A stretch of DNA of 64,000 bases from Alphaproteobacteria bacterium (lineage in GTDB: Bacteria > Pseudomonadota > Alphaproteobacteria > GCA-2731375), in NCBI GenBank assembly GCA_965225945.1, contig CBDDBZ010000025.1:103994-167993 (forward strand). The letters are read 5' to 3'. The notes under the pieces were generated by a model, which was not told the DNA's origin, did not search any database, and saw only the letters and a program-made list of their open reading frames with translations. The position numbers and the translations under genes were made by a program. Below are positions 40,443 through 50,299 of this stretch, piece after piece (position 1 is the stretch's first letter; every line of letters starts with the position of its first letter).

Positions 40443-42532
40443 GCCGTCCCCCCTTCCTCGATCTCGATGAGAAGCGAGCCCAGCTCGTCGACCTCGACCC
40501 GGGCGCCCTGGTCGACGACGGTGGTGGTCGAGGATTCCTCGATGATCGCCGGCCCTTCGAAGCGCATGCCGGGCGCCAGGCTTTCGCGGCTGTGCACGGC
40601 AAAGGGGATCCGCTTTCCCGCCACCGCCGAATAGGCGTCGCGCGTGCCGGTCTTCGTGGCACCGCCCGCTACCGGCGCCGCCGCGCGAAGCGTCGGTGCC
40701 GGGACCCGGAGGCGGCCACGCAGATGCAGGTCAACCAGCTCGGCCGGGACGTCGTCGTAGAAGTAGCCGTACTTCTCCCGGTAGATCCGGGCGAAGCGAT
40801 CCCAGAGCGCCTCGCCGTCCAAGGGCGCGTCGTCGAGCAGCACCGTCACCTGATAGCCCTGGCCGATGTAGCCGATCTCGGCGGCGCGGATGAATTCTAT
40901 CTCGGACTCGGCGTCGATCTGGCGCAGCATCGCCTCGATCTCGGTCCGGAGTTCGGCGAACACCGCCTCCGCCGCCCTCGCTTCCAGGCGGGCGAGCGGC
41001 GTCTTGATCGTCCGCGCGAGATCGAAGGCGGCCGGCGCGATCAACAGGCCGAGGGCCGAGAGCACGCCGGCCCGCAGCGGCACCAGGATCCGCCGCATCG
41101 AGAGCTTGCGTGCCAGGTGGTCGGCGTGCATGGGCCCGGCGCCACCGAAGGCGACGAGGAGGGCTCGATCGGGCGTCCCGCCCCGCTCGCTCGCGTGCAT
41201 GCGGACGGCGGCGGCCATCGCCTCGTCGACGACGTTGCGCACGGTCCAGGCGTCGGCCAGCACATCACGGCCGGACTTGGCGCCAAGATGGTCGCGCAGC
41301 GCGCGCGCCGCCGCCTCGACGTCGAGCGCCATCCGTCCGCCGGCGAAGCGCGCCGGGTCGAGATAGCCGAGGACGACGTCGGCGTCGCTCACCGTCGGCC
41401 GCTCACCACCCTGGCCGTAGCAGGCGGGGCCCGGGTCTGCGCCGGCGCTCTCTGGCCCGACCTGCACCAGGTCGAGGGAGTTGACGAAGGCGATGGAGCC
41501 GCCGCCGGCGCCGATCTCGATCATGTCGACGGCCGGCACGGCGACGGGAAAGCCGCTCGACTTGGTGAAGCGCCGGGAGCGGGCCACTTCCAGCTGGTCG
41601 GTGATCGGCAGCGCGCCCGCCCGGATCAGGCAGGCCTTGGCCGTGGTGCCACCCATGTCGAAGGAGATCACTTCGTCCTCGCCCATCAGTTCGGCGAAAT
41701 GGCGGCCGACGATGGCGCCGGCGACGGGGCCGGACTCGATCAGGCGAACGGGAAAGGCACCGGCCGTCTCGGCCGAGGCGATGCCGCCGGTCGACAGCAT
41801 GATGCGGAGCGGGGCGCGGTATCCGGCGTCCGCCAGGCTCCGGTCGAAGCGATTGAGATAGCCGCGTGCCATCGGCTTGACGTAGGCATTGACGACGGCG
41901 GTGCTGGTCCGCTCATATTCCTTGATTCGGGGCAGCACCGCGGCCGAAGTGGTGATCTCCACCTCCGGCAGCAGCGCCGCGAGGGTTTCGGCAGCCGCCT
42001 GTTCGTTCGCCGGATTGACGTAGGCATGCAGAAAGGCGATCGCCACGCTCTCGATTCCCGCCGCCCGCAATTGCTCGGCGAACTTGGAGATTTCGTCCCG
42101 CTCGACGGGCTTCAGCACGGTGCCGTCGGCCGCCGTGCGCTCGTCGACGCCCAGGCGCAGGCGTCGCGGAACCAGCGGTTCGGGCGGGTCTTCCCACAAT
42201 TCATAGGTCGTGACCCGGACGTGGCGGCGGAGCTCCAGGACGTCGCGAAAGCCCTTGGTCGTCAACAGCGCCGTCCGTGCGCCCTTGCGCTCGATCACCG
42301 TATTGGCGATCAGCGTCGTCGCGTGCGCGATTCTTCGGGTGTACGCCACGTGGTCCGGGTCGACCGCATCGAAAGCGCCGAGGCCGGCGAGCGCGCCGGC
42401 TGAGGGATCCTCGGGCGTGGTCAACCGCTTTTCGATATGCAGCGCGCCGCTCGCCTCGTCGTACAGGACGAAGTCCGTGAAGGTGCCGCCAATATCGCAG
42501 GCGACACGGTAGCGCGCGCTTCCCCGGTCCAT
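40439..42532 (-). CDS. Hydantoinase A/oxoprolinase family protein
   Basis: DIGGTFTD, HATT, EYERTST, ESGPVAG, DMGGTTAK, IGAGGGS, GPESAGADPGPACY. Confidence 0.93.
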   Translation of the reverse strand: MDRGSARYRVACDIGGTFTDFVLYDEASGALHIEKRLTTPEDPSAGALAGLGAFDAVDPDHVAYTRRIAHATTLIANTVIERKGARTALLTTKGFRDVLELRRHVRVTTYELWEDPPEPLVPRRLRLGVDERTAADGTVLKPVERDEISKFAEQLRAAGIESVAIAFLHAYVNPANEQAAAETLAALLPEVEITTSAAVLPRIKEYERTSTAVVNAYVKPMARGYLNRFDRSLADAGYRAPLRIMLSTGGIASAETAGAFPVRLIESGPVAGAIVGRHFAELMGEDEVISFDMGGTTAKACLIRAGALPITDQLEVARSRRFTKSSGFPVAVPAVDMIEIGAGGGSIAFVNSLDLVQVGPESAGADPGPACYGQGGERPTVSDADVVLGYLDPARFAGGRMALDVEAAARALRDHLGAKSGRDVLADAWTVRNVVDEAMAAAVRMHASERGGTPDRALLVAFGGAGPMHADHLARKLSMRRILVPLRAGVLSALGLLIAPAAFDLARTIKTPLARLEARAAEAVFAELRTEIEAMLRQIDAESEIEFIRAAEIGYIGQGYQVTVLLDDAPLDGEALWDRFARIYREKYGYFYDDVPAELVDLHLRGRLRVPAPTLRAAAPVAGGATKTGTRDAYSAVAGKRIPFAVHSRESLAPGMRFEGPAIIEESSTTTVVDQGARVEVDELGSLLIEIEEGGTA

Positions 42533-42629
42533 TCGTTCCCCTCTCCAGGGTGGAATTGTGACCGCGAAACGGCCCCGGGGCAATTCACGCCCGCTTGCCC
42601 GGCGTCGTCGGCTTCGACAAGATCGAGCG

Positions 42630-44708
42630 ATGGCATCGGACGCGAGGGCGGGGAGCGGCGGATCGGCGGCGGGCGGACGCCGCGTCGACATCGCCGTCGA
42701 CATCGGCGGCACCTTCACCGACGTGGTCGGCTGGGACGGTGCCCGCTTTCACCTCGCCAAGGTCTCCAGCCGGCCGGACCGGCCGGCCGATGCGGTCGTC
42801 GAGGGGATCGACATCCTGCTGCGCTCCGCCGGCCTCGAGCCCGCCCGCGTGCGTCGCTTCGTCCACAGCACGACGATCGCGACCAACGCGGTGCTCGAGC
42901 GCAAGGGCGCCAAGGTCGGCCTCTTGATGACCGAGGGGTTCGAGGACGTGTTGGAGATCGGACGGCAGAAGCGCTCGGCCATGTACGAGCTGTTCCTGGA
43001 GCCCGAGACCCCCGGCTTCATCGCGCCCGGGCGACGGCGCGCCGGCATTCGCGAGCGGATCGACGCTGACGGCCAGATCACCGTGCCCCTCGACGAAGAG
43101 GGCGTCATCCGGGCAACGAGACGCCTGGTCGAGGAAGAAAATATCGAGGCGATCGCCGTCTGCTATCTCTTCTGCTTTCGCAATCCGGCGCACGAACGGC
43201 GCACGCGGGAGCTCATCCGGGCCCACTGGCCCGAGATGCCGATCTCGCTGTCGTTCGAGATCGACCCGGTGTTCCGCGAATACGAGAGGACCTGCGCCAC
43301 GGCGTTCGACGCCTATGTCAGACCGGTGATGGTCGGCTACCTGGAGCGCCTGGGCGGCGCGCTCAAGGCGCGCGGCATCGCCGCGCCAATCGAAATAATG
43401 CAGTCGGGCGGCGGCGTCGCCTCGTTCCGCCAGGCATTGGAGCGCCCGGTGTCGAGCCTACTCTGCGGCCCGGCGGCGGGCGCGGTGGGTGGCTCGGTGG
43501 CGGGCGGCCTCGCGGGCCACGCGAACCTCGTCACCATCGACATCGGCGGTACCAGCACCGACGTCGCCATCGTGCTCGATGGCCGGTTGGAGCCGTCGCG
43601 CGAGGGGCGGATCGGCGGCTATCCCCTGCGCGTACCCATGGTCGGCGTCCACACGATCGGCGCCGGCGGCGGCAGCATCGCGCGCCTCGACGAGGCCGGC
43701 GCGCTCAAGGTCGGACCGGAAAGCGCCGGCGCCGAGCCCGGGCCGATCTGCTATGGCCGAGGCGGACGCGAGGTCACGGTCACCGACGCCAGCCTGGCGC
43801 TCGGCTATCTCCACCCCGACTGGTTCGCCCGCGAATTGAGCCTGGAGCAAGCGGGGAGCGAGGCGGCGCTCGGCGACCTCGCCGCGCGGATGGAGATGGC
43901 GCCGCTGGCGGCCGCGCTGGGCATCCACACGGTGGTGAACGCGGCGATGACCGACGCGATCCGCGCGCTCACCGTGGAGCGCGGCCACGACCCCCGCGAT
44001 TTCGCGCTGGTGGCCCTGGGCGGCGCCGGCCCGTTGCACGGCGGCGCCATCGCCGAGGCCCTGGGTATCGCCACCGTGATCGTGCCGCCGCGCCCCGGCG
44101 TGCTCGCCGCGGAAGGCCTGCTGCACGCGCCGATCGTGGCGGAGGCCTACCGGACCTTCGCCGTGCCCGCAGAGACGGCGACGGCCTCGGGCATCGACGA
44201 CGTCTTCGCCGAACTGGCGACACAGGTCAGCGACGAACTCCGGCGCGACGGCCACGATCCCGCCGAGGCGACACTCGCCCACGCGGCCGACATGCGCTAC
44301 CTGGGCCAGTCCTACGAGATCGAGGTGCCGCTCGCCACCATCGACGGCGCCATCGAGACCTTTCGTCGGCGCTATCGTCGCCTGCACGGGCACGCCAGCG
44401 CCGAAGATCCGGTCGAGTTCGTCAATCTGCGCGTGAGCGCCACGATCCGGCCGCCCGAGATCTCGATGTGCAACGCCGAGGTCGGCGCCGGGCGCGAGGC
44501 CGCGGAAGTCGGTCCGGTCTGCTTCGATCCCGTCGAAGGGATGATCGCGGTTCCCTTTCACCGCCGCAATTCACTCGGCGCCGGCAGCACGCTGGACGGC
44601 CCGGCGGTCATCGTTCAGGGTGACACCACAACGCTGCTGCGGCCCCGCCACCGCTTGCGGGTCGATCCCATCGGTAATTTGATCATCACCCTGGACGGGG
44701 CGACATGA
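42630..44708 (+). CDS. Hydantoinase A/oxoprolinase family protein
   Basis: DIGGTFTD, HSTTIATN, REYER, DIGGTSTD, IGAGGGS, GPESAGAEPGP, DMRYLGQSYE. Confidence 0.93.
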   Translation: MASDARAGSGGSAAGGRRVDIAVDIGGTFTDVVGWDGARFHLAKVSSRPDRPADAVVEGIDILLRSAGLEPARVRRFVHSTTIATNAVLERKGAKVGLLMTEGFEDVLEIGRQKRSAMYELFLEPETPGFIAPGRRRAGIRERIDADGQITVPLDEEGVIRATRRLVEEENIEAIAVCYLFCFRNPAHERRTRELIRAHWPEMPISLSFEIDPVFREYERTCATAFDAYVRPVMVGYLERLGGALKARGIAAPIEIMQSGGGVASFRQALERPVSSLLCGPAAGAVGGSVAGGLAGHANLVTIDIGGTSTDVAIVLDGRLEPSREGRIGGYPLRVPMVGVHTIGAGGGSIARLDEAGALKVGPESAGAEPGPICYGRGGREVTVTDASLALGYLHPDWFARELSLEQAGSEAALGDLAARMEMAPLAAALGIHTVVNAAMTDAIRALTVERGHDPRDFALVALGGAGPLHGGAIAEALGIATVIVPPRPGVLAAEGLLHAPIVAEAYRTFAVPAETATASGIDDVFAELATQVSDELRRDGHDPAEATLAHAADMRYLGQSYEIEVPLATIDGAIETFRRRYRRLHGHASAEDPVEFVNLRVSATIRPPEISMCNAEVGAGREAAEVGPVCFDPVEGMIAVPFHRRNSLGAGSTLDGPAVIVQGDTTTLLRPRHRLRVDPIGNLIITLDGAT

Positions 44709-44709
44709 G

Positions 44710-46485
44710 ATGAAGATCGATCCCATCACCTTGGAAGTCTTGGGCAACCGGTTCGACGCGATCGCGCGCGAGATCCAGACCACGCTGCTCCGGAGTTCCT
44801 ATTCCGTCATCCTGAAGGAAGGCGAGGACTGCTCCGCCGCCCTGTTCGATGCCGAGGGCGCCATCGTCGCTCAGTCGACCGCCCTGCCCCAGCACATGGC
44901 GGCCTTCATTCCGGCGATGGCGCGCATCCTCGCGGCCTTTCCGCCGGCAACGATGCACGCGGGCGATATCTACGCCATGAACGACCCGCACGACGGCGGC
45001 ACCCACCTGCCCGACCTCGTCGTCGCCGCGCCGGTCTTTCACCGGGACATGGTCGTCGCGTTCGCCGTCTGCCTCGCGCACCAGGAGGATATCGGCGGCA
45101 AGATTGCTGGCAGCATGCCGACCGACTCGACCGAGATCTTCCAGGAAGGCCTGATCCTGCCGCCGCTCAAGCTGCATGACCGGGGCCAGCCCGAGCGCAC
45201 GGTCATGGAGATCATTCGCCGCAACGTGCGGATCCCGCATGTCGTGATCGGCGACATCGGCGCCCAGGTCTCGGCCGTCACGGTCGGCGCCCGGCGCCTG
45301 GCCGAGGTATTCGAGGCCCATGGCGCCCCGGTCACCGCCACATACATGTCCGCGTTGCAGGACTATGCCGAGCGGCTGACCCGTCGCCGCATCGCGGAGA
45401 TGCCGGACGGCGTCTACGCCTTCGCCGACTTCATGGACAACGACGGCATCGAGCTCGACCGCCGGGTCCGCATCGCCGTCGAAGTCAGAATCGCCGGCGC
45501 CGACATCACCGTCGACTTCACGGGCACCGATCCCCAGGTGCGCGGCCCGATCAACGCGCCCTGGTCCGGCGGCGCGGGAGCCGCCTACTACGCCGTCCGC
45601 TGCGTCACGGATCCGGGCCTGCCCAACAATCAAGGCTGCTACCGGCCGATCCGGGTGGTCATCCCGGAGGGCTGCCTGCTGAACCCGCGCCATCCCGCGC
45701 CGGTGGCGATCCGGGCGCATACCTTGAAACGGGCCGCCGACACGGTGCTGGGCGCCTTGGTCCAGGCCGTGCCCGAACGCGTGCCGGCGGCGCCCGCCGG
45801 CAGCATCAGCTGCGTCTCCTTCGGCGGCACCGATCCCAGGACCGACGCCACCTTCGGCCTCTCCGACATCGTCGCCGGCGGCAGCGGCGGACGTCCGGGC
45901 GGCGATGGCCTCGAGGTCGTCGACACCGACGTCTCCAACTGCATGAACATCCCCGCCGAGGCCATGGAGATGGGCTATCCCCTGCAAGTGGTCTCGATGC
46001 GGCTCGGTCGCGACAGCGGCGGCGCCGGTCGCCATCGCGGCGGTACCGGCCTCGAGCGCGTCCTGCGCGCGACCCGGGGCGAGGTGACCTGCTCCTATCG
46101 CTCCGAGCGCCATTTCACCGCCGCCTGGGGCCTCCACGGCGGCGCGCCCGGCGCGCGCTGGGCCAGCGAGATCGCCCGCGCCGACGGCTCGCGCGAGGCG
46201 ATCGCCTCCAAGCGGGGCTTCACGCTCCGAGCCGGCGACCGGCTGGTGATCCGGACCGGCGGCGGCGGCGGCCATGGCCCCGCCGTCGAACGCCCGGCGC
46301 GCGACGTGCTGGAAGACGTCCTGGACGACAAGGTTTCCGCCGTCCAGGCCCGCGAGAGCTACGGGGTCGTCCTCGATGCGGGAGGGCGAAGCATCGACGA
46401 GCCCGCGACCCTGGCGCTCCGGCGCGACATGATGGACGCGGGCGAGGTTGGAACGCCGGTTTACCGGCGAGACCCGGAGGAATGA
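44710..46485 (+). CDS. Hydantoinase B/oxoprolinase family protein
   Basis: DPITLEV, NDPHDGGTHLPD, HQEDIGG, QEGLILPP, DSGGAGRHRGG, TGGGGGHG. Confidence 0.93.
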   Translation: MKIDPITLEVLGNRFDAIAREIQTTLLRSSYSVILKEGEDCSAALFDAEGAIVAQSTALPQHMAAFIPAMARILAAFPPATMHAGDIYAMNDPHDGGTHLPDLVVAAPVFHRDMVVAFAVCLAHQEDIGGKIAGSMPTDSTEIFQEGLILPPLKLHDRGQPERTVMEIIRRNVRIPHVVIGDIGAQVSAVTVGARRLAEVFEAHGAPVTATYMSALQDYAERLTRRRIAEMPDGVYAFADFMDNDGIELDRRVRIAVEVRIAGADITVDFTGTDPQVRGPINAPWSGGAGAAYYAVRCVTDPGLPNNQGCYRPIRVVIPEGCLLNPRHPAPVAIRAHTLKRAADTVLGALVQAVPERVPAAPAGSISCVSFGGTDPRTDATFGLSDIVAGGSGGRPGGDGLEVVDTDVSNCMNIPAEAMEMGYPLQVVSMRLGRDSGGAGRHRGGTGLERVLRATRGEVTCSYRSERHFTAAWGLHGGAPGARWASEIARADGSREAIASKRGFTLRAGDRLVIRTGGGGGHGPAVERPARDVLEDVLDDKVSAVQARESYGVVLDAGGRSIDEPATLALRRDMMDAGEVGTPVYRRDPEE

Positions 46486-46640
46486 ACGCCCACCACCAGC
46501 AGGCGCGCATTTGACCCGGGTCGCCCCATCACCCTACCATTTGAGGCACTTCGCTCAATCGACAAGATCGCCACTGCAACTTCGCAGCAACGCAGGCGCA
46601 TCGGAACCAGGTTTCGATGCGCCTTACAGGGGAGGGACCC

Positions 46641-47843
46641 ATGAAGCGGAATCATTATGGCAAGACGGGAACGGCATCGGCACTGACGCGGCGCAAGTTC
46701 GTCTCCCTGGCGGCGGGTGGCGGCGCGGGGTTGCTGGCCGCGCCGATGATCATCGGCCGCGCTAGCGCGGCGACGACGGTCAAGCTCGGCCACACCCAGC
46801 CGCTTACCGGCCCGTCGGCCTCCTACGGCATTCGCGGCCGCGACGGCGCGCTCGTCGCCATCGACGAGATCTCCAAGATGGGCGGCTTCAAGGACAAGAA
46901 GGGCAACACCTACGTCTTCGAGATGACCCAGGACGACATGGTGAACGATCCGAAGCAGGCGGTGACGCTCTTTCGCCAGCACGCGCTCGATCCCGCGATC
47001 GTCGCCTCGATGGGCCCGACCAACTCGGTCGGCTTCCTGCCCTGCATCCCGGTCGCGGGCCAGGTCCAGCTGCCGCTGGTCGGCAACGGCTCGGGCGCAC
47101 CGGTGAAGAAATGGAACGACTGGGCCTACCGGGTGAACACGGTGGCGAGCACCGCCTTCCCGGCGATGATGCGCGTCGTCGTCAAGGAACTCGGCATCAA
47201 GCGGTTGGCGATGATCTACGACCAGACCCAGGACGCGCAGAAGGGCGATGCCGACCTCGCCGAGAAGTACGCCGGCGAACTCGGCTACGAACTGGTCGCC
47301 TTCGAAGCCTTCCGGGCGGGCGATCAGGACTTCTCGCCACAACTCGCCAAGATCAAGAGCCTGAAGCCCGATGCGGTGTATGTCGCGGCGGCGACGGGCG
47401 ACGGCGTCAAGCTGGTGACCCAGCTCAGGACCTTCGGCATGGATCAGCCGCTCATTACCGGCTACGACTCGTTCCGCGATCCGGTGTATTGGGACGGCAC
47501 TAAAGGCGCCGTGAACGGCGGCTATACCTGGCTCGCCCAGGACGTGAACTCCGCCAGCGGCAAGCTCGGCGAGTGGGTCAAGTCATACAACGGCCGCTTC
47601 AAGCTGGAGGCGACCTCGTTCTCGACCTACGGCTACGACGCGGTCTGGACGGTGGCCGAGTGCATCAAGCGGATCAACGGGAGCAACCGGGGCGAGATCA
47701 AGGAAGTGCTGACGGACCTGAACTACACCTCGCCGCTCGGCAGCTCGATCAAATTCAAGAACCCGCCGCACGGCAACAACCTGACGCCATCCGTCACGGT
47801 GGTCCAGGTTACGGGCCGCAACAAGTCGAAGGTCGTCAACTGA
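46641..47843 (+). CDS. Branched-chain amino acid-type ABC transporter substrate-binding protein (Tat-like signal)
   Basis: LTRRKFV twin-arginine signal, PLTGP.ASYG, DFSPQLAKIK, YGYDAV. Confidence 0.9.
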   Translation: MKRNHYGKTGTASALTRRKFVSLAAGGGAGLLAAPMIIGRASAATTVKLGHTQPLTGPSASYGIRGRDGALVAIDEISKMGGFKDKKGNTYVFEMTQDDMVNDPKQAVTLFRQHALDPAIVASMGPTNSVGFLPCIPVAGQVQLPLVGNGSGAPVKKWNDWAYRVNTVASTAFPAMMRVVVKELGIKRLAMIYDQTQDAQKGDADLAEKYAGELGYELVAFEAFRAGDQDFSPQLAKIKSLKPDAVYVAAATGDGVKLVTQLRTFGMDQPLITGYDSFRDPVYWDGTKGAVNGGYTWLAQDVNSASGKLGEWVKSYNGRFKLEATSFSTYGYDAVWTVAECIKRINGSNRGEIKEVLTDLNYTSPLGSSIKFKNPPHGNNLTPSVTVVQVTGRNKSKVVN

Positions 47844-47935
47844 GCCGCCTCGGCGCCTTCGGTTCGACCTATGTCGGCGAGTGAGGGCGTGACGTGCGCC
47901 AAGGGCATCGGGCCCCGCCGAGCGAGGCGGGGCTG

Positions 47936-48691
47936 ATGCTCGAGGTGCGCGACGTCACCAAGCGTTTCGGGGGCCTCGTCGCCGTCTCCTCGGTCGGCTT
48001 CGAGGTGCCGGACGGCCGCATCATCTCGCTGGTGGGGCCGAACGGTGCCGGCAAGACCACCCTCTTCAACGTGATCTCGGGCGTCTTTCCGGCCGACGAG
48101 GGGCGCATCGTCTTCGACGGCGACGACGTGACGGGCGTGCCCTCGCACCGGCTCGCCGCCCGGGGGCTGGCGCGGACCTTCCAGAACGTGCGGCTGTTTT
48201 CCCACCTGAACGCGTTGGAGAACGTGATGGTGGGGCGGACCTGCCGCAATTCCTCCGGCGTCTGGGACGCCCTGCTGTGGCTGAAGCGCGATAGGGCCGA
48301 CCGGCGCCAGGCGATGGAGCGGGCGGCGGAGCTGCTGGACTGGGTCGGCGTCGTCTCGCCCGGCCACGTGATGCCGAATGAGCTGCCCTACGGCGACCAG
48401 CGTCGGGTGGAGATCGCCCGTGCCCTGGCGACGGAGCCGAAACTGCTGATCCTCGACGAGCCGACGGCCGGCATGATCGCCAGCGAGGCGCACGAGATCG
48501 TCACCCTCATGGGCCGCCTGGTCGAGACCGGGATCACCCTGCTGCTGATCGAGCACAACATGAACGTGGTGATGTCGGTCTCGGACAACATCGTCGTGCT
48601 CAACTTCGGCGAGCGGATCGCCGAGGGTCCGCCGGCCGAGATCCAGAAGGACCCCCGCGTCATCGAGGCCTATCTCGGGGCGGACGAATGA
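47936..48691 (+). CDS. LivG-like ABC ATP-binding protein
   Basis: FGGLVAV, GPNGAGKTT, RTFQN, LPYG, LDEPTAG, IEH, V.EAYLG; alternative GTG start at 47894. Confidence 0.93.
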   Translation: MLEVRDVTKRFGGLVAVSSVGFEVPDGRIISLVGPNGAGKTTLFNVISGVFPADEGRIVFDGDDVTGVPSHRLAARGLARTFQNVRLFSHLNALENVMVGRTCRNSSGVWDALLWLKRDRADRRQAMERAAELLDWVGVVSPGHVMPNELPYGDQRRVEIARALATEPKLLILDEPTAGMIASEAHEIVTLMGRLVETGITLLLIEHNMNVVMSVSDNIVVLNFGERIAEGPPAEIQKDPRVIEAYLGADE

Positions 48692-49410
48692 CGGCGTTGT
48701 TGAAGGTCTCGGACCTGCATGTTTCCTACAAGGCGGTGCCGGCCGTGGCGGGCGCCAGCCTTGAGCTGATGGCGGGCGAGATTCGCGTCATTCTCGGCTC
48801 CAACGGGGCCGGCAAGTCGACCATCATCAAGTCGATCCTCGGTCTCGTGCCGGCGCACCGGGGCGAGATCCTGTTCCAGGGCGAGCACGACCTGCGGCGG
48901 CTGAAGCCGCACCAGATCCACCAGCTCGGCATCAGCTGGGTGCCGGAGGGGCGCCAGCTCTGGGGCACGCTCACGGTCTTGGACAACCTCCGCATGGGCG
49001 CCTTCGCCAACCGCGACGACAAGGCCGTGGCGCGGCGGATCGACGAGATGTTCGAGCGCTTTCCCCAAATCGGCGAGCGGCGGCGCCAGATCGCGGGCTC
49101 GCTCAGCGGCGGCGAGCAACAGATGGTGGCGGTGGCCCGCGCGCTGGTTTCGGGCCCGAAGCTGATCTTGATGGACGAGCCCTCGCTCGGCCTGGCGCCG
49201 ATGGTGATCCGCGACGTCTTCGCGCTCGTCGGCGAGATCAACGCCATGGGCATCTCCGTGCTGATGGTCGAGCAGAACGCGCGCCAGGCGCTCCGGGTGG
49301 CGAGCTGGGCCTACCTGCTGGAGGTCGGGCGCGTGGTCGAGAGCGGCGAGGCCGGCGAGATCGCCTCGCGCGACAGCGTCAAGGAGATCTTCCTGGGCGG
49401 GCGGGCCTGA
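48688..49410 (+). CDS. LivF-like ABC ATP-binding protein
   Basis: GSNGAGKST, VPEGR, LSGGEQQM, DEPSLGLAP, VEQN. Confidence 0.93.
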   Translation: MTALLKVSDLHVSYKAVPAVAGASLELMAGEIRVILGSNGAGKSTIIKSILGLVPAHRGEILFQGEHDLRRLKPHQIHQLGISWVPEGRQLWGTLTVLDNLRMGAFANRDDKAVARRIDEMFERFPQIGERRRQIAGSLSGGEQQMVAVARALVSGPKLILMDEPSLGLAPMVIRDVFALVGEINAMGISVLMVEQNARQALRVASWAYLLEVGRVVESGEAGEIASRDSVKEIFLGGRA

Positions 49411-49420
49411 AGGAGACGGC

Positions 49421-50290
49421 ATGGAATTGTTCCTGCAACAATTGCTGAACGGCCTGATCATCGGCAGCACTTACGCCGTCGTGGCGATCGGCTTTGCGCT
49501 GGTCTTCACCGTGCTGAGGGTGATCAATTTCGCCCATCCGGAAATCTTCATGGTCGGCATGTTCGCCGGCCTACTGGCCGGCGTCCACATCTCGGAAAAT
49601 TTGATCGTCGTGGTCGTCTGCGGCACGCTCGGGGCGGGCCTGGTCGGACTGGTGCTGGAGCGCGTGGTGCTGAGGCCGCTCCGGGGGCGCGACGTGCTGA
49701 TGACGCTGATCGGCACCTTGGGCGTCGCCATCATGTTGCAGAACGGCATGGCGACCCTGATGAGCCCGGACCCGGTGGCCTATCCCAACGTGCTGCAGCT
49801 GAGCCTGATCCTCTCCGACGAAATCATCCTGACCTCGCGTCAGCTGGCCAATTTCATCGTCTCGCTGGTCCTGCTGGTCGCGGTCTCGATCTACGTCCGA
49901 AAGACCCGCTACGGCCGGGCGACGCGGGCGATCGCCGAGCGCGCCGACGTCGCCGCCGCCTTTGGCGTCGATGTCGACCGGGTCTCCCAGGTGACGGTGG
50001 TGCTGGCCTCGCTGATGGCCGGCATGGCGGCCGTCTCCGTCGGCATGCTCTACGGCAGCGCCTGGGCCTTCGTCGGCTTCTTTTACGGCCTCAAGGCTTT
50101 CATCTGCATGCTGGTGGCCGGCAACCGCTATTTCGAGGGCGTCATCATCGTCGCCCTGACGCTCGGCGTGGTCGAGGCGCTGGTCACGGGCTACGTCTCC
50201 TCGAGCCTGCGCGACGTCGCCGCCTTCGTGATCCTGATCGCCGTGCTCTACGTGCGCCCCAACGGCCTCTTCGGCTCCTATTCGGCATGA
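49421..50290 (+). CDS. LivH-like ABC permease
   Basis: QQLLNGL..GS.YA..A.G, INFAH, TRYGRA.RA, RP.GLFG. Confidence 0.93.
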   Translation: MELFLQQLLNGLIIGSTYAVVAIGFALVFTVLRVINFAHPEIFMVGMFAGLLAGVHISENLIVVVVCGTLGAGLVGLVLERVVLRPLRGRDVLMTLIGTLGVAIMLQNGMATLMSPDPVAYPNVLQLSLILSDEIILTSRQLANFIVSLVLLVAVSIYVRKTRYGRATRAIAERADVAAAFGVDVDRVSQVTVVLASLMAGMAAVSVGMLYGSAWAFVGFFYGLKAFICMLVAGNRYFEGVIIVALTLGVVEALVTGYVSSSLRDVAAFVILIAVLYVRPNGLFGSYSA

Positions 50291-50299
50291 GGACGTGAT

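Noticed and set aside
37369-40662. 1097-aa ORF suggesting a giant aminotransferase fusion
   Set aside because: The N-terminal ~640 aa is Arg/Pro-rich off-frame translation over the hyuB-like gene; the real gene starts at ATG 38751 with a GAGGAGG SD
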